A DNA stretch of 64,000 bases from Caecitellus pseudoparvulus (lineage: Eukaryota; Protista; Bigyra: Bicosoecida). Shown piece after piece: positions 9,346-20,727 of the stretch. Made by a program: the position numbers and the translations under genes. The notes below the pieces were generated by a model. It was not told the origin of the DNA. It worked only from the letters and a program-made list of their open reading frames with translations, and ran no database searches. Location of the stretch: assembly GCA_965644315.1 (NCBI GenBank), contig CBFFRQ010000087.1, positions 62,001 to 126,000 of the forward strand, given 5' to 3'. Position 1 is the first letter of the stretch; every line of letters starts with the position of its first letter.

Positions 9346-11128
9346 ATGGCAGCCAAGCCACAAGCCCCAGAAGGACCCAGCAGCAGCAAAGAAGGCATCA
9401 AGGAGTGGGTACGCATTCAACCTACAGCCAGCACGCAGCTTGAGTACTTCTTCAACACCCGGACCAAGGTACGCAGTGCTGCCCGCCTGCCGCTCCGCAC
9501 ATGCACACAAAGTGCACTGCACCTGCACAGGAAGTGGCATGGGAAGTCCCAGGACGAGGTGCTGGTGCTGAACTCCAGCTTCAAGTCTGGAAAGGCGTCC
9601 AAGAAAGTGCATCCAGTGCCTGGTCGTCGTCCCACTTGCTGCCTCCGAGCATCCGCAGTGTGCACGGCCTGGAGCGCAGCTCTGGCCTTGCACATCCCAT
9701 GGCGATGAGAACGACAGACCACGGGGTCAAGGGGTGGCTCGCCTACAAGATAGAAGTGGGCTTTGACACTGGCTGGCACAAGCGCTTCGTCGTCATCCGC
9801 TTCAACTCCGGAGAACTCACCATGTACCGCCACGACCCAACCTTTGCGCTGCTCAAGTACAATGCCACACAGCAGCCTGACACGTCCCTCAGGCTGCACG
9901 CTTGCGCCTGCAAAGCTGCAAACGCAGATGACCTCGTGGAGTGCCCGCCCCCACGGTCAGGGACACGCGCGCACGTACACACGGCGGGCCGGGACAAGTC
10001 TCGGGGCTTCGTGCTCGTCTCATCCGTCACAACCTTCACATTCTCCTTGCTTTGGGAAGACGATGACCTTCGACACTGGATTCGAGCGGTGTCCACAGCA
10101 AGTGGTCGGGTTCGCATCAACTCACGCCAGTCCGTCTGTGACGCTGCTACTGTGCCCCTCCTTGCCGCGGTGCGCTCCACTGACGTCGGACCACCCACAC
10201 GCCTTCCGAGCCTCCCTGAAGCACACACACCAGCCCCTTCCAGAGCGCTAGAGAGCTCTGAGCTCACAACAGGTGGAAGCAAGGGCAACGTTGTGCCGAC
10301 TGTGACCGTCTTGTACCAGGCTGGAGCAGTCAGCGGAGCATGGCGGCGGTGCCTGCTGCACTTGCATGCTGACACTGGGCTCGTGAAGGTGCGACAGGAA
10401 CCAACACAGTGGTGCAAGTCGTCCACACAGACACGATTACTTGCCATGGCATACTGCCCTTCCATTCACCTCAGGAGGGGCTGCCAGCACTCGGCTTTAC
10501 GAGACCTGCCTGCCTTGCAGATTCGGGCTTCGCCCGCGATCGCAGCTCCCTCCACCACCCTCATCCTCCCGAGTCACCATCTGCTAGATGACTGGTATGA
10601 CTTGCGTGCCACCCCGCACAGAACACCCCTGCCAACCTGCAACATCTCTCCTATCGCAGGGAATGGAAGCTTGTCAGCACAGCGCAAAAATGTGACGCAG
10701 AGCGCGGAGCAGCAACGAAGCCGCCCCCACCCACCACCACCTCCCTTCTCTCACCTGGACACCCTGCTTGGCAGCATGGCTCGTTGGAGGTGGCTTCAGC
10801 TGGACTTCTGTGGACGGCAGGACCTCCCAGACAACTCAGCGCTGCGGCGCTGTGCTGCGCCACTCGAGTCAACCGCAAACAGGCCTTTCATCTTGAAGCA
10901 GACACCCCCATTGCCTGCATTCTCGCACCAACTCACGTGCGAAAGCCACCAGAACGATTCTGTCTGGCAGTGGGCGGAGGGAAGCAAACAAGCCTTTTTG
11001 CCTTCCCAAACGAATCCTCCTTACAGGACTGGTACCTGTATGTCGTGCACCTGCAACACGCGACCAGACAGTACCCCAGGGATCGAGCTCTACCCAGACC
11101 AGGACACTCTGCACAGTCTCAACACTGA
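9346..11128 (+). CDS. WW domain plus multiple PH-like domain protein (spliced)
   Basis: Intron 9469-9530 (GT..AG) joins EWVRIQPTASTQLEYFFNTRTK to EVAWEVP, completing a WW domain. PH-like segments: VKGWLAYK...WHKRFVVI...DLRHWIRAV, WRRCLLHL...LLDDW and FAFPNESSLQDW. Intron 10595-10659 shifts into the 10784 frame. The 3' end is uncertain (11128 or 11225). Confidence 0.7.
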
Positions 11129-11229
11129 CAACAAGACTATTCGCCCATCTCTATCAACAAGCATTGAAGCGCCTTTCTCTACTCTGCAACTAAGCGTATA
11201 TGTACGCACTATCAATGAATCCTAGCTTT

Positions 11230-14050
11230 GAGCCACACAGTTCCTCGCCAACAAGCTGAACTTCACAGCTGCGACTCTCGTCAATGCTGGACTGAACCAC
11301 ACAAAGGCACAAGCAACGCAAGGTTCTGCAGATGCGTACCCTTGAGTTACTCACGGAATCAGAGCGATTGTGATGCATGATACCCTGTCGCACCTTCACG
11401 ATTCGCACCAACTTGTGCTTGTGAAGTCAACATCTTGGAACGATGAGCGGTCTTTCTTGCAACCAAAACTCGAAAGACTGCGACAGCCCCAAATCCCTGC
11501 AGTCGATCCGGCCGACAGAAGCACCTTTGAACGTCTTTCGCAAGCGCAACAATAGGGTGGAAAGCAACTTTGATAAAAACGCGCGAGAACTACTTGAACT
11601 AGACACCTCTGCTTCACATAGGCGGCGTTGATGCCGAAAAAGTGACACACGATGAATGGGAAGTTCTCACATGTTTGCATTGAGCACGCCTCTTTGTCAT
11701 TGACTTTCAAGAGTGCTGAGTTTGTGTGGCGTTCCGTCGTAGCCACAAACACTTATCAAAGTTGATGATAAATATGCAATGCTGAAAGAAAACATAAGCT
11801 CAGACTTGGGTATCGGCTCAAAAGAATATCTGCGATTGCATGTTTGGATGTCCCGCCATTCAAAGAGAAAGACGTATGACAAAATTTGAACCGGGCGGAC
11901 GAAAAGAAAGCACTTCGGAATCGCACAAACCTCAGATTTTAGCTCTTAGACAAGAACATGCAACGTGAAGCTTGGAAAAGGATCGGCTACACTCCCGAGG
12001 CAGGACCGTTGCTCCCTTGCAGAATAACCACACTTTCTTTTAATCACACATTAGCAAACCACTCTTTCCATTTCCACTTGCCGCAAAACGTTCAGATAAG
12101 AGCCACTGGAAGGAAGAGGACAGATGTGCAGACTCGTGGAAGACTTGTCCGACGACTTTTCAAATGCAAGGCTGTGCCTGTTTTGGATTTACAAGCACAA
12201 CAATCTCGAACTAGGCCATGTGCAAGGGATGTCACCCTGAGCAAGAAAACATTCGGCCTTTTGGTCTTTTTGAACACTATATCGTCGTAACCTATTCATG
12301 GGCTGACAGAAACGCATCACGGCTCGCATCTTATTGCAAGCTTCTTGAAAGAAGGCTCTCATGCCAGATTCATAAACCCACACGGAGAACAACTGCCACT
12401 TGATGCCCAAAATTGACGTGCAATAATTTTGTGGCTTGACCTGGTCAATGATTGCAAACAATAAGTCACTAATGATTTGATCTATCGATCAATTGAGATC
12501 GCTTGCTCGAGAAAAAGCGGAGTTTAATCAGGACGGAGATTTGACCTAAAACATCTTGCCCGTGTACCAAACACACAAAGTGTCTCGTCTTTCACTGCAC
12601 TTTTTGGCCCTGTTCTCGACATGGTCGTTAAACCGCAGCATAGATAAGAATTGCTCGCAACATAAATGCTTCCACTCAACAAAGCTACTAGCGAGGCTAC
12701 GTCCAAAAATGCCTTCTTTTCATAATATTGCTTCAAGGTGTCGGGAAGAGTCAGTGTGCTCCTCGCACCCGTTCACTTTTGCATGAATGTGAAGTGTGCT
12801 GCGTGCCTGAAACATTGATGCTCGCTGCAGATATGTCGAGACGCTTGACAAAATGTACAATTACGTGGGGAAAGTAGACCTCGCATTAACATACTCGCTA
12901 CCCCTCATGTCTCAAAGGCTCCTTTAGGGGTTGATGGAAATCTTGAGAGACAAAGCCTAAACTCCTTCGATTATTGGACTACTATTCCCACTTTCGAAAA
13001 GTTCTTGAAACCGAGCCGCAAGGTTTGAATCGTTCTGCACAATTTAGTGTCTCATTTCACATTGGCAAGAGGGCAAAAGCCCTTGCAAGTTGTAGTAGTC
13101 TTCACTTCTTTGATTTGTATCAGTGTCATGGGTCAGAATTTTGCAGAGCACAGACGCACGCAAAAGACTCTTGTGGTGTTCTGTTTGCAAGAGTTGCTTC
13201 GACAGATTGGACTGATAGCAGCTTTTGGTCTGCTGGTAGGATTCTGAAAGGCCTACTGTTTCAGAATGTCGAGTGTAAAGGGCGCAACAAATCATCTTCG
13301 TCAGATATGTTGGTCGGACATTCCGAGCAAGTGCGCTTGCCTGCGTTTGCTGTAGTGGTCGGGGGTGCTCTGTTTAGTTTTCCTTCCGTTTGGAAGGCAA
13401 GCTCTCAAGGTCGTGGACATCAGAGCTGGCCACTTTGCACTAAAGTTTTACCATTGGATGATGTTCACACTCCTTAGTGCTCAGTGTAAGGCTTGTTGGT
13501 TTGGGGAATAGCATTCGTTCGTTGTGGATGTGATCGTGGTTCCTCGCCTTGGTGCCGGGCTCTTGCTCGCAGCATGGGCTGGATTCGGGCATTCAGCTGG
13601 GAGGGCGTGAAATTTGCTTAGGATGGATTGACCAAAGAGGCTTGTGTATGTTGTTTAAGGTGCTATTGTGGCTGAGCTGTGGTCAAAGGTGGAAAAGCCG
13701 AGCTGTATGCTTGTGCAGCACATTCCTCGCCTGGATTTTTTTGGTGTGAAAGGCTTGTGGACGCCTGGCAAGGGCATCATATTCATGATCGTAATTTTTA
13801 CTCTGTGCAGCACTCATCACAATTGGACTCTGGTGACTTTAAAGAAAGAAAACGACCGTGAATAGGACGAACTTGATGCGCATGTCTGCCAGATTCACTT
13901 TGTGTCTTCCCTCAGTGTGTGTTGATGAGTTTTTCGACAAAACTACAAAACTTGGCATTCGACTGTCTTTCCTCACACACTGCGTGAGTGGTTCTTCGCA
14001 CGCGTGTGATAGTTGATGCGCTTTTTGCTGTCAAGCAGCGGGCGGTGGCG
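11230..14050 (+). mobile_element. AT-rich island, probably a heavily decayed non-LTR retrotransposon (RT plus restriction-like endonuclease, CRE/R2-type)
   Basis: GC falls to 38% and 45% in two 60-nt lines counted, versus ~65% in the flanks. No long ORF. Motif remnants in different + frames occur in the expected order: ENIRPFGL/LNTIS (~12250), IILWLDLVND (~12430), LFGPVLDMVVKP (~12610), EQVRLP..GG (~13330), RLDFFGVKGLWTPG (~13740). Confidence 0.45.
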
Positions 14051-14157
14051 TCTGTTTTTTCACTCGAGCTGTGTGCGCTTTGCTTGGCCGTGGAGCTGAG
14101 GCGCAAGGATTGTGACAAGGGCTTGAGCGCATCAAGGGTGCGCCATGTCAACTTCTG

Positions 14158-14836
14158 ATGGTCGGGGGTTCCAAGTTCTCATTCACAGCTGGGCGGCGTT
14201 GCAGGTGAGTGTGGCACGCTTGGGCGGGTAGCTAGCGCACCCCATCGCAGCTTCGCTGCGCACTGCACGTGCTGCACAGGGTGATGTATCAGGTGCAAGT
14301 GCCGAGGACGTTGGTAAAAGCATGTCATGCTTGGGAGAGAGTGTTGGACGTCGGTTGTCTGAGCGGTGAGGAGGTTGGGCGGCTGCGAGTGTGTGGCGTG
14401 TTGGGGCAAAATCCGCACCGCGTGCCGCAGGCTGTGCTTGTTGAAGCCTCGACTGGGCAAGGCACTGGACATCATCCGTTTCCTGTGCAAGGACGTGTGG
14501 ATGTCTCTGTTCGGGAAGAGTGTGGACAAGCTGCAAACCAACCACAACGGCGTGTTTGTGCTGCAGGATGCGTGCCACCCGCCGCTGCTGCTGCTGTCTG
14601 CGCCAGACGGCGACACTGGTGTGCGGTCCCTGCCGTACATGCTGTTCTACTGCGGCTTGTTACAGGGCGTGCTGGGTGCATTCGGCTGCCCTGCCAGCGT
14701 GCACGCGGAGGTGCGGGGCACGCGCTGCGTGTACCAAGTGCGCATGACAGCTGTGGGCGGTGACGCCCCAGCTGCGCCCGGCAAGGGCAGCGGCGGCAAA
14801 GTCAGCGCGGCAGAAGCAAGCGCCAAGCAGGGGTGA
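14158..14836 (+). CDS. TRAPPC6: TRAPP complex subunit 6 (Trs33)
   Basis: GESVGRRLSER|LCLLKPRLGKALDIIRFLCKDVWMSLFGKSVDKLQTNHNGVFVLQD...FYCGLLQGVL is the Trs33 signature. Intron 14366-14430. The first exon and start codon are approximate. Confidence 0.9.
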
Positions 14837-14853
14837 TGCATCGAGTGGCCTTG

Positions 14854-17800
14854 TCACTGTCGGCTGTCCTGCAGTGCCAGCTGCGCCAGAGCCCAGGCAG
14901 TGCTGGCGGCAGCCGCGGCGGAGAGGTTGTTTTGCCGCAGTGCCACCTCAACTGCGGCCGCGGGGGGAGAGTCATCAGAGTCCACTGTGCCGTGTTTGAG
15001 CAGCGCACTACACTGTCGCAATGCAGCTTCAGCAGTGACCAGTGCATCCCACAGTGTGGGAGGGGCATCCCCCGTGGGCAGTGGCAGGGGCGGGTGTTCT
15101 GTGCCGCCGGCGCCCCACGCTGCTCCACAAAGCACCACTGTGGCCAGTATTCCCGCAGCTGCCAGCCACGGGTCTGGCGGGTGCGCACCTCCTGCACTCC
15201 ACAGCTTCTGCACGTCCGCGCTGTGTCGGTGGACAGTCTGTGCGACGGGGGCTTGTGGAGGTTGGCGGGTTTCCCCGCCATCACGGAAACTGACTCTGAG
15301 CAGTGCGCCAAACACAGCGGTGCCCAAGTGCCAGCCCCCCTTCCGGGCCTTGCGCAGGGCAGTGACTGTCTTGGCCACGGCAGGGGCCTTGCCAGGCACA
15401 GGCAGCCCCGCCAGGGCTAGTTTCTTGAAGAAACGCTGGCACCGCGACGCGACCTGAGCAGCGCTGCGACCCCCAAGCGACTGCCCGATGGCCCGCCAAC
15501 GGTCGTTGGCAGAGCCGTACGGGCGTGTGGGCACGGCGTGCAGGCACACTTCCAGATTGCGCTGTTCAGCGGCAGTCCATGCTGTGGAGGTGTTGGGCTC
15601 TGGCGATGCGCTGGGGGCATGCGTTGTGGGTGGGTGCGCGCTGCTGCGCCCTGGCTCGGGGAGCTTGTCTGCACTGCTCTGTTGTCGCGTTGTGCCCGTT
15701 GGCGACGCTGCAGGGCCAAGCTGGCGTACGATGTGGGCGAAAGGCATGCCGCCCCAAGGCAGCGCCGGCACGACGAGCAGCCCCCTGTGACTCCGAGTCA
15801 CGGCTGAGCGTTTCGGGAGCGGTTGCGGGCTTGGGCCGCCCACGCCGGCACCCGGCGTGCCGTCCACACTTGAAATGTCAGAAGCCCACGCATCCAGCAC
15901 AACGGAGTTCTCCAGGGCGGGTGGGGGTTTGCGTGTGTCCTCCCAGTCGGGCTGTGGCTGAGCGCTTGGCGCAGCATGCATAGCTCGTTCTGTCGGGTGG
16001 CTGGCACGGGGTTCAGCTGCGCAGAGAATGGTGAGTGGCAGCGGCGGCAGCACTACAGGGGGCTCTGTGCAGGTCAGCACGCTGGCATGGTGTGGGAGGA
16101 AGGGCGCTAGAGTGGCGGGGGGAGTGTGCGTCAGGCACGCCGTCGGCAGTGCTGGTCGCAGGTGCAACGCATGGGGCGGCAGCAGATGCGCCCAGCCCCA
16201 CCAAGGCGGCAGTGCAGCTGTTGCACCGTGAGAGGCAGCCCTCTGCATGGCGTTTTGCAGAATGTATGCAGCCGCTGCTGCCAGTTGAGGGGGGGTGACG
16301 CCGGGGGCTTGGGGGGGAGGCAGTGGCGACGGCCTGGCGAGCACGCCCCCGAGGCGGCTGTTCAGGTGACTCCACATGACCCGACTGACTCGGTGCTTGG
16401 TGTGGAAGGGGCATGCCAGGCGGGACAGGGGGCAAGGACCCGACAGGGGCGCAGGCAGGACCCTGCCACACCGCTGGCGCCACTGCGTTGCGGTCACTCC
16501 TTGCACCACCGCATTCACACGCACCACACAGCGCCCCCTTCTACCTCTGCAAGCCACACGCGCCCACAGGCGGGGTGCTCGTGTGGGCGTGGGTGCGGGT
16601 GCAGGGGCTGTGCCAGGCACCTGCTGCGCGCACGCTTGTTGTGGTGCGTTTTGCGGCCAGGCGGCGCTGCCGATGCGCAGGGCTGGCAGGCGGCCTGGGT
16701 GCCACTTGCCCGGCTGTGGGCGACGCTTGCTGCCGACACTGAGCACAGTGCCCTCACTCAGCCCCAGCGAGTCCACAGCTTGCATCATGGCTCTGGCTAG
16801 TGTGCTGGGCATGCTGGACCAAGCGTCGGGTCGCTGTCGCTTGCGACCCCCCGCCACACCGCTAGGGGCGTTTTCGAACGAAACCGTCCGCGGTGCTGTC
16901 GGGTTCAGCTGCGAGGGGGAGCTGCCGCGGGCGATGTGGGCCCACCGGGCTGTGGCTGCAGCCGCGGCAGCGGCCGACATGCGCCCACCCCGCATCACAG
17001 CGCCATCAGAGCTGAGGCCACCTGCCCCCTCCACTTCCGTCTCCCCACCGCTGGCGTCACTGTGAGCGGCTGTGTCTGGGTGTGCAGGGACAGTTCCGCC
17101 CCGTTCCGGCGGAATAACGGCGCTGTGGTGTTTGAACCGGACGTGACGGGGCGTGCCGCTGGGCTGGGCAGGGGAGGGGGGTGGCTCGCTGAAGCCGACT
17201 GTGCGGCGGTGCCGACTGTGCAGGCCTCGACGCTGTGCTGCGTTCTTCCCGGCTGTGACTCCATCTGGTGCCAGCGGGTGACTCATCGCGGAGGCTGCCA
17301 GGTGCAGCGACCGCATGCGGTCCGAGCCAGTGTCCGAATGGGCGACAGTCGCCCCACCACCCTCTCCGACGCTGGCAGTGCCTGCGGGGGCTGCCAGCGA
17401 CCACAGCTGGTCGCTCGTGCGACCAAGGCGACTCGACGGGCTGCCTGGAAGCGAGGCGGCGAGCAGCGGAGGCGGAGTGGGCAAGCCAATACGCCCTGAC
17501 ATGCTGCGCGCAGAAGGCGCCCCGAACGCGGAGAAAGGCGTGAAGTCCTGGTCGGGCAGGGTGGCGGCGCCCCACAGACGATGGGAGCTTGGACTGGTGG
17601 GCCGGCTGGTTGCCGAGCCAGCACTGCGGTGGGCCATGCCAGGCCACAGGGGGCCGCGTAGCGATGCCAAGGATGGCACCGAAGCAAGGCTGCCAGCACC
17701 GTCCGAGATGTACCCTGACCTCCGGCGGGCCTTGGGCGGTGGCGGCGCCGAGGTGTCCACTCGTGGCGCTGGGCCGTGCTCTGCCCCATCGCTGGGCTTG

Positions 17801-17979
17801 TGTTGCATCTTTGCCGAGAGCTTGCACAGGAATGTAGGCCTTGGATAGCTGTGAATAATCCTGATAGCACGTTGCAGTACCTGATTCGGGAGGGATGCGC
17901 GTTGCGGGTGGAGAAAGCGAGCCACAATGCCACCGCAGCGTTTCGCCTGCGTTGCGTTTGTCCCTGGCAGACAACCCAC
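14854..17979 (-). CDS. Low-complexity protein with a ZZZ3-like SANT/Myb domain
   Basis: WTAAEQRNLEVCL...RWRAIGQSLGGRSAAQVASRCQRFFKKLALAGLPVPG closely resembles the ZZZ3 SANT domain. No ZZ finger is seen. The start may be at MQHKP (~17807). Confidence 0.7.
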   Translation of the reverse strand: MGCLPGTNATQAKRCGGIVARFLHPQRASLPNQVLQRAIRIIHSYPRPTFLCKLSAKMQHKPSDGAEHGPAPRVDTSAPPPPKARRRSGYISDGAGSLASVPSLASLRGPLWPGMAHRSAGSATSRPTSPSSHRLWGAATLPDQDFTPFSAFGAPSARSMSGRIGLPTPPPLLAASLPGSPSSRLGRTSDQLWSLAAPAGTASVGEGGGATVAHSDTGSDRMRSLHLAASAMSHPLAPDGVTAGKNAAQRRGLHSRHRRTVGFSEPPPSPAQPSGTPRHVRFKHHSAVIPPERGGTVPAHPDTAAHSDASGGETEVEGAGGLSSDGAVMRGGRMSAAAAAAATARWAHIARGSSPSQLNPTAPRTVSFENAPSGVAGGRKRQRPDAWSSMPSTLARAMMQAVDSLGLSEGTVLSVGSKRRPQPGKWHPGRLPALRIGSAAWPQNAPQQACAQQVPGTAPAPAPTPTRAPRLWARVACRGRRGRCVVRVNAVVQGVTATQWRQRCGRVLPAPLSGPCPLSRLACPFHTKHRVSRVMWSHLNSRLGGVLARPSPLPPPQAPGVTPPQLAAAAAYILQNAMQRAASHGATAALPPWWGWAHLLPPHALHLRPALPTACLTHTPPATLAPFLPHHASVLTCTEPPVVLPPLPLTILCAAEPRASHPTERAMHAAPSAQPQPDWEDTRKPPPALENSVVLDAWASDISSVDGTPGAGVGGPSPQPLPKRSAVTRSHRGLLVVPALPWGGMPFAHIVRQLGPAASPTGTTRQQSSADKLPEPGRSSAHPPTTHAPSASPEPNTSTAWTAAEQRNLEVCLHAVPTRPYGSANDRWRAIGQSLGGRSAAQVASRCQRFFKKLALAGLPVPGKAPAVAKTVTALRKARKGGWHLGTAVFGALLRVSFRDGGETRQPPQAPVAQTVHRHSADVQKLWSAGGAHPPDPWLAAAGILATVVLCGAAWGAGGTEHPPLPLPTGDAPPTLWDALVTAEAALRQCSALLKHGTVDSDDSPPAAAVEVALRQNNLSAAAAASTAWALAQLALQDSRQ

Positions 17980-18093
17980 GCTGCAGGGGTCTGGTACGGC
18001 AACAAAAGCCCATCAAGGCAGATGTTGGTACCGATTAATAAGATGACAAGTGAATTTGGAAACACGCAGTGCTCATGCGCAACAGCTCAGTCC

Positions 18094-18972
18094 TCAGCGC
18101 CCCTTGGGGTACACTGGTCTAGCCAGCACCTGCGCCACCTCGTCAACCAGTCGCCGTGACCGCAGCACGGCATCCTCGGCAAGGCCCTGATGCTCAACCC
18201 CTTCACAACCATCAAGCGGCACACCTACAGCGGCTGCGAGCCCCGCCAAGGCCGGCGTGCCCACGCCGGCTCTGTGCGGTGACCCGGCGGGTGGCGGCTC
18301 CTGCAGCGCAAACGCAGCATCCGATGCACGCCCCAAGGCCAAGCGCGCTGACTTCGCCACAGCGTCCAGACTGGCTTCCACATCGGTAGGGCTGTGCACA
18401 CACTGATGCTGCCGCTTCCCACGCAGAGCCAAGAGGCTGCCCTCAGCAGCGATGGAGGAAGATAGCGTGCGTTGGGCTTGCTGCACCGCCCGTGAGAACT
18501 CCTCACCATGACTGGGCCCTCCGAGGGCATGTGAGCCGTCCAGGTCTTGTATGGGCAAGTGTGTGGCCCGGTCTGCGGCCGCTGCCTGCACTAAGCTGTG
18601 CAGCTGTGAGGGTCGCGCGGGGAGGCGGTGCTGCTTGGCAACCAACGCTGGCTGGTCGGGAGCTGGGCTGCTTCATACCTGAGGGAGAGGCACGAAGGAG
18701 CCATGCAGTACTGCTTCATGTATCTGATGCAACTGAGGCGCTGCTTCCTGGAGCTCTGCAAAGGCCTGCAAGCCAAGGGGAGCGTGGGTGGGCTGCCTGG
18801 CGTTGCGGTGGCGTTTCAGCCAACTCACAGCTGCCAGTTCTCCCTGGTCACTCTGAAGTGCCTTGAGGGTACTTCGCAGATCTTCTACACTGGACCTCAG
18901 CTCATCCACCGTGTCCTGCCGCTGCTCCAGATCTTGCCCCAAACGTGCCACACGGCGCTGTGTGCTGTCCAT
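18094..18972 (-). CDS. Hypothetical coiled-coil protein (spliced)
   Basis: MDSTQRRVARLGQDLEQRQDTVDELRSSVEDLRSTLKALQ heptads. A plausible gtatga..cag intron links ORFs 18673..19026 and 18094..18645. Confidence 0.5.
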
Positions 18973-19146
18973 GCTTCGGCAGGGGCTCTTGGCCAGCACA
19001 ATTCGCACTCGCGTCCACAAAAGCAAATTCTATCACACCACACCGTCCCGTGCGCTGGCAAGACACCGCTTCTGAAATCTAAGCTCAGATCTGTATTGTT
19101 CCTCCGTTGGCTTCAGTACCCTCTCTGCGTAGCACACGTGGTGGCC

Positions 19147-20636
19147 ATGGGCTCGCCTTGGCCGCAGGCGACTCTGCTTGCCGTGGGTGTCCTTGCAGCT
19201 GTGGCGACTGCTGCCGCCGCTAGCCCACACGCACGCACTGAGGCGGACCAGCCGTCATGGCTTACAATCACAGCATGGTGAGACTGTCCTTGCGCGCTGT
19301 GCTCCCAGCCATGCCGGGCAGGCTGAGAGTTGTGCGCTTTCAGCCATGCACCCACACCACGTGCATTTCACTCGCTCCGTGCAAAGGTACCCCAACGAAG
19401 TCCGTATCTTTCCCATCTGCACACCATTCTTACAGCAGGTGGCTGTGTCGGCGCCCCCATTGCTGAGCTCACAACCCACCGCTCCCCGGCTCTGCGCAGC
19501 AACTCCCCCCCGGCAGCCAGCTGTACCTGCGAGGTGATGGTCAGGGGCTTTCGTGGGAGAAGGGCCAGGCCATGGTTCCCAGTGGTGTCGACCAATGGTC
19601 CCTTAAGCTGCCTCTTTCGCGGGCCAGCCCCGCACACCTGCAGGTAAAGTGCCTCGTGGACGACTCCGTGTGGCAAATTGGCCCCAACACTGACCTGGAC
19701 CTGCAGCCCCTGTGGGCTGCAAATGCTTCCGTCACGGCAGCTGCCACTGCGTCCATCACGCCTGGCTTTTTTGTCAAGTCTGGCACCGTGCAGCTGCACG
19801 CGTTGAGTGCAGCGTATTCGCCAGAATTGCAGAATGTGCGTGAAGTCTCAGCGTACCTCCCCCCAGCCTACGTGGAGAACAAGTACGCCGTGTTCCCAGT
19901 CCTGATCATGCACGATGGGCAGAACCTGTTCGCTGCAAACGAGTCAGCATTTGGCACTGCTTGGATGATCCAAGACACCATGGACACCCTCATCGCTGAG
20001 GGGGACATGCAGCAGGTTGTCGTGGTGGGCGTGGCCAACGTCGGCGCCAACAGGACGTATGAGTACACGTATGACGTGGACCCAACTGTGCACGACGGTG
20101 GAGGTGCTGATGCATACCTGGACTTCCTGGAACTGAACCTGTATCCTTGGATTCAGGCGACTTACCGAGTGCAGCCTCTGGTCCCTGGCATTGGCCCATC
20201 GGCCTCACGGTGGAGCATGATTGGCTCGTCGCTGGGCGGGCTCCTCTCCTGCTACGCTGGGTGGACACGCCCCAACATCTACGGGAAGGTCGGCTGCATG
20301 TCCAGCTCCTTCTGGTGGAACAACGAAAGCTTCAACAACACAATCTTGGAGACGCCCCCCTCTGTCGGCCCACCGCACCCGGACGTCGTGTTCTACCTCG
20401 ACTCAGGGAATGCTGGCCCAGACAACGATGACGTCGTGCAGACGACCACTGTCTTCAAGCACCTTCTGGCAGACGGGTACACTCGCAATGAGACGGTTTT
20501 TCACTACGTGCAGCCTGGGGGTCAGCACAATGAGTACTATTGGGGGAAGCGCTTTGACGTGCCCTGCAAAGCACTCTTCCCCCCCGCAGCGCAAGCTGTG
20601 CTGCCCATGCACACAGGCGACTACGTGCATGCGTAG
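19147..20636 (+). CDS. Secreted bacterial-type alpha/beta hydrolase (IroE/Fes-like esterase) with an N-terminal CBM20-like beta domain
   Basis: Signal peptide MGSPWPQATLLAVGVLAAVATAAAA. Exons 19147-19277, 19387-19399 and 19500-20636 give TITAWYPNEQLPPGSQLYLRGDGQGLSWEKGQAM. Esterase motifs: VLIMHDGQNLF, GSSLGG (nucleophile), YLDSG and GGQHNEYYW. Confidence 0.85.
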
Positions 20637-20727
20637 AAATCGGCTGAATTACCGCTTGCAATGCATGACGTGCCTGCTCATCAAGTTTCTGTCGTGGGGG
20701 CGGTCAGGCCGCCCGGCCACTTTCGCG

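Noticed and set aside
11126-14050. Stop-codon reassignment or readthrough explaining the AT-rich region
   Set aside because: TAA, TAG and TGA are all used as normal stops by genes in this window, and the motif remnants switch frames, which fits decay rather than recoding.
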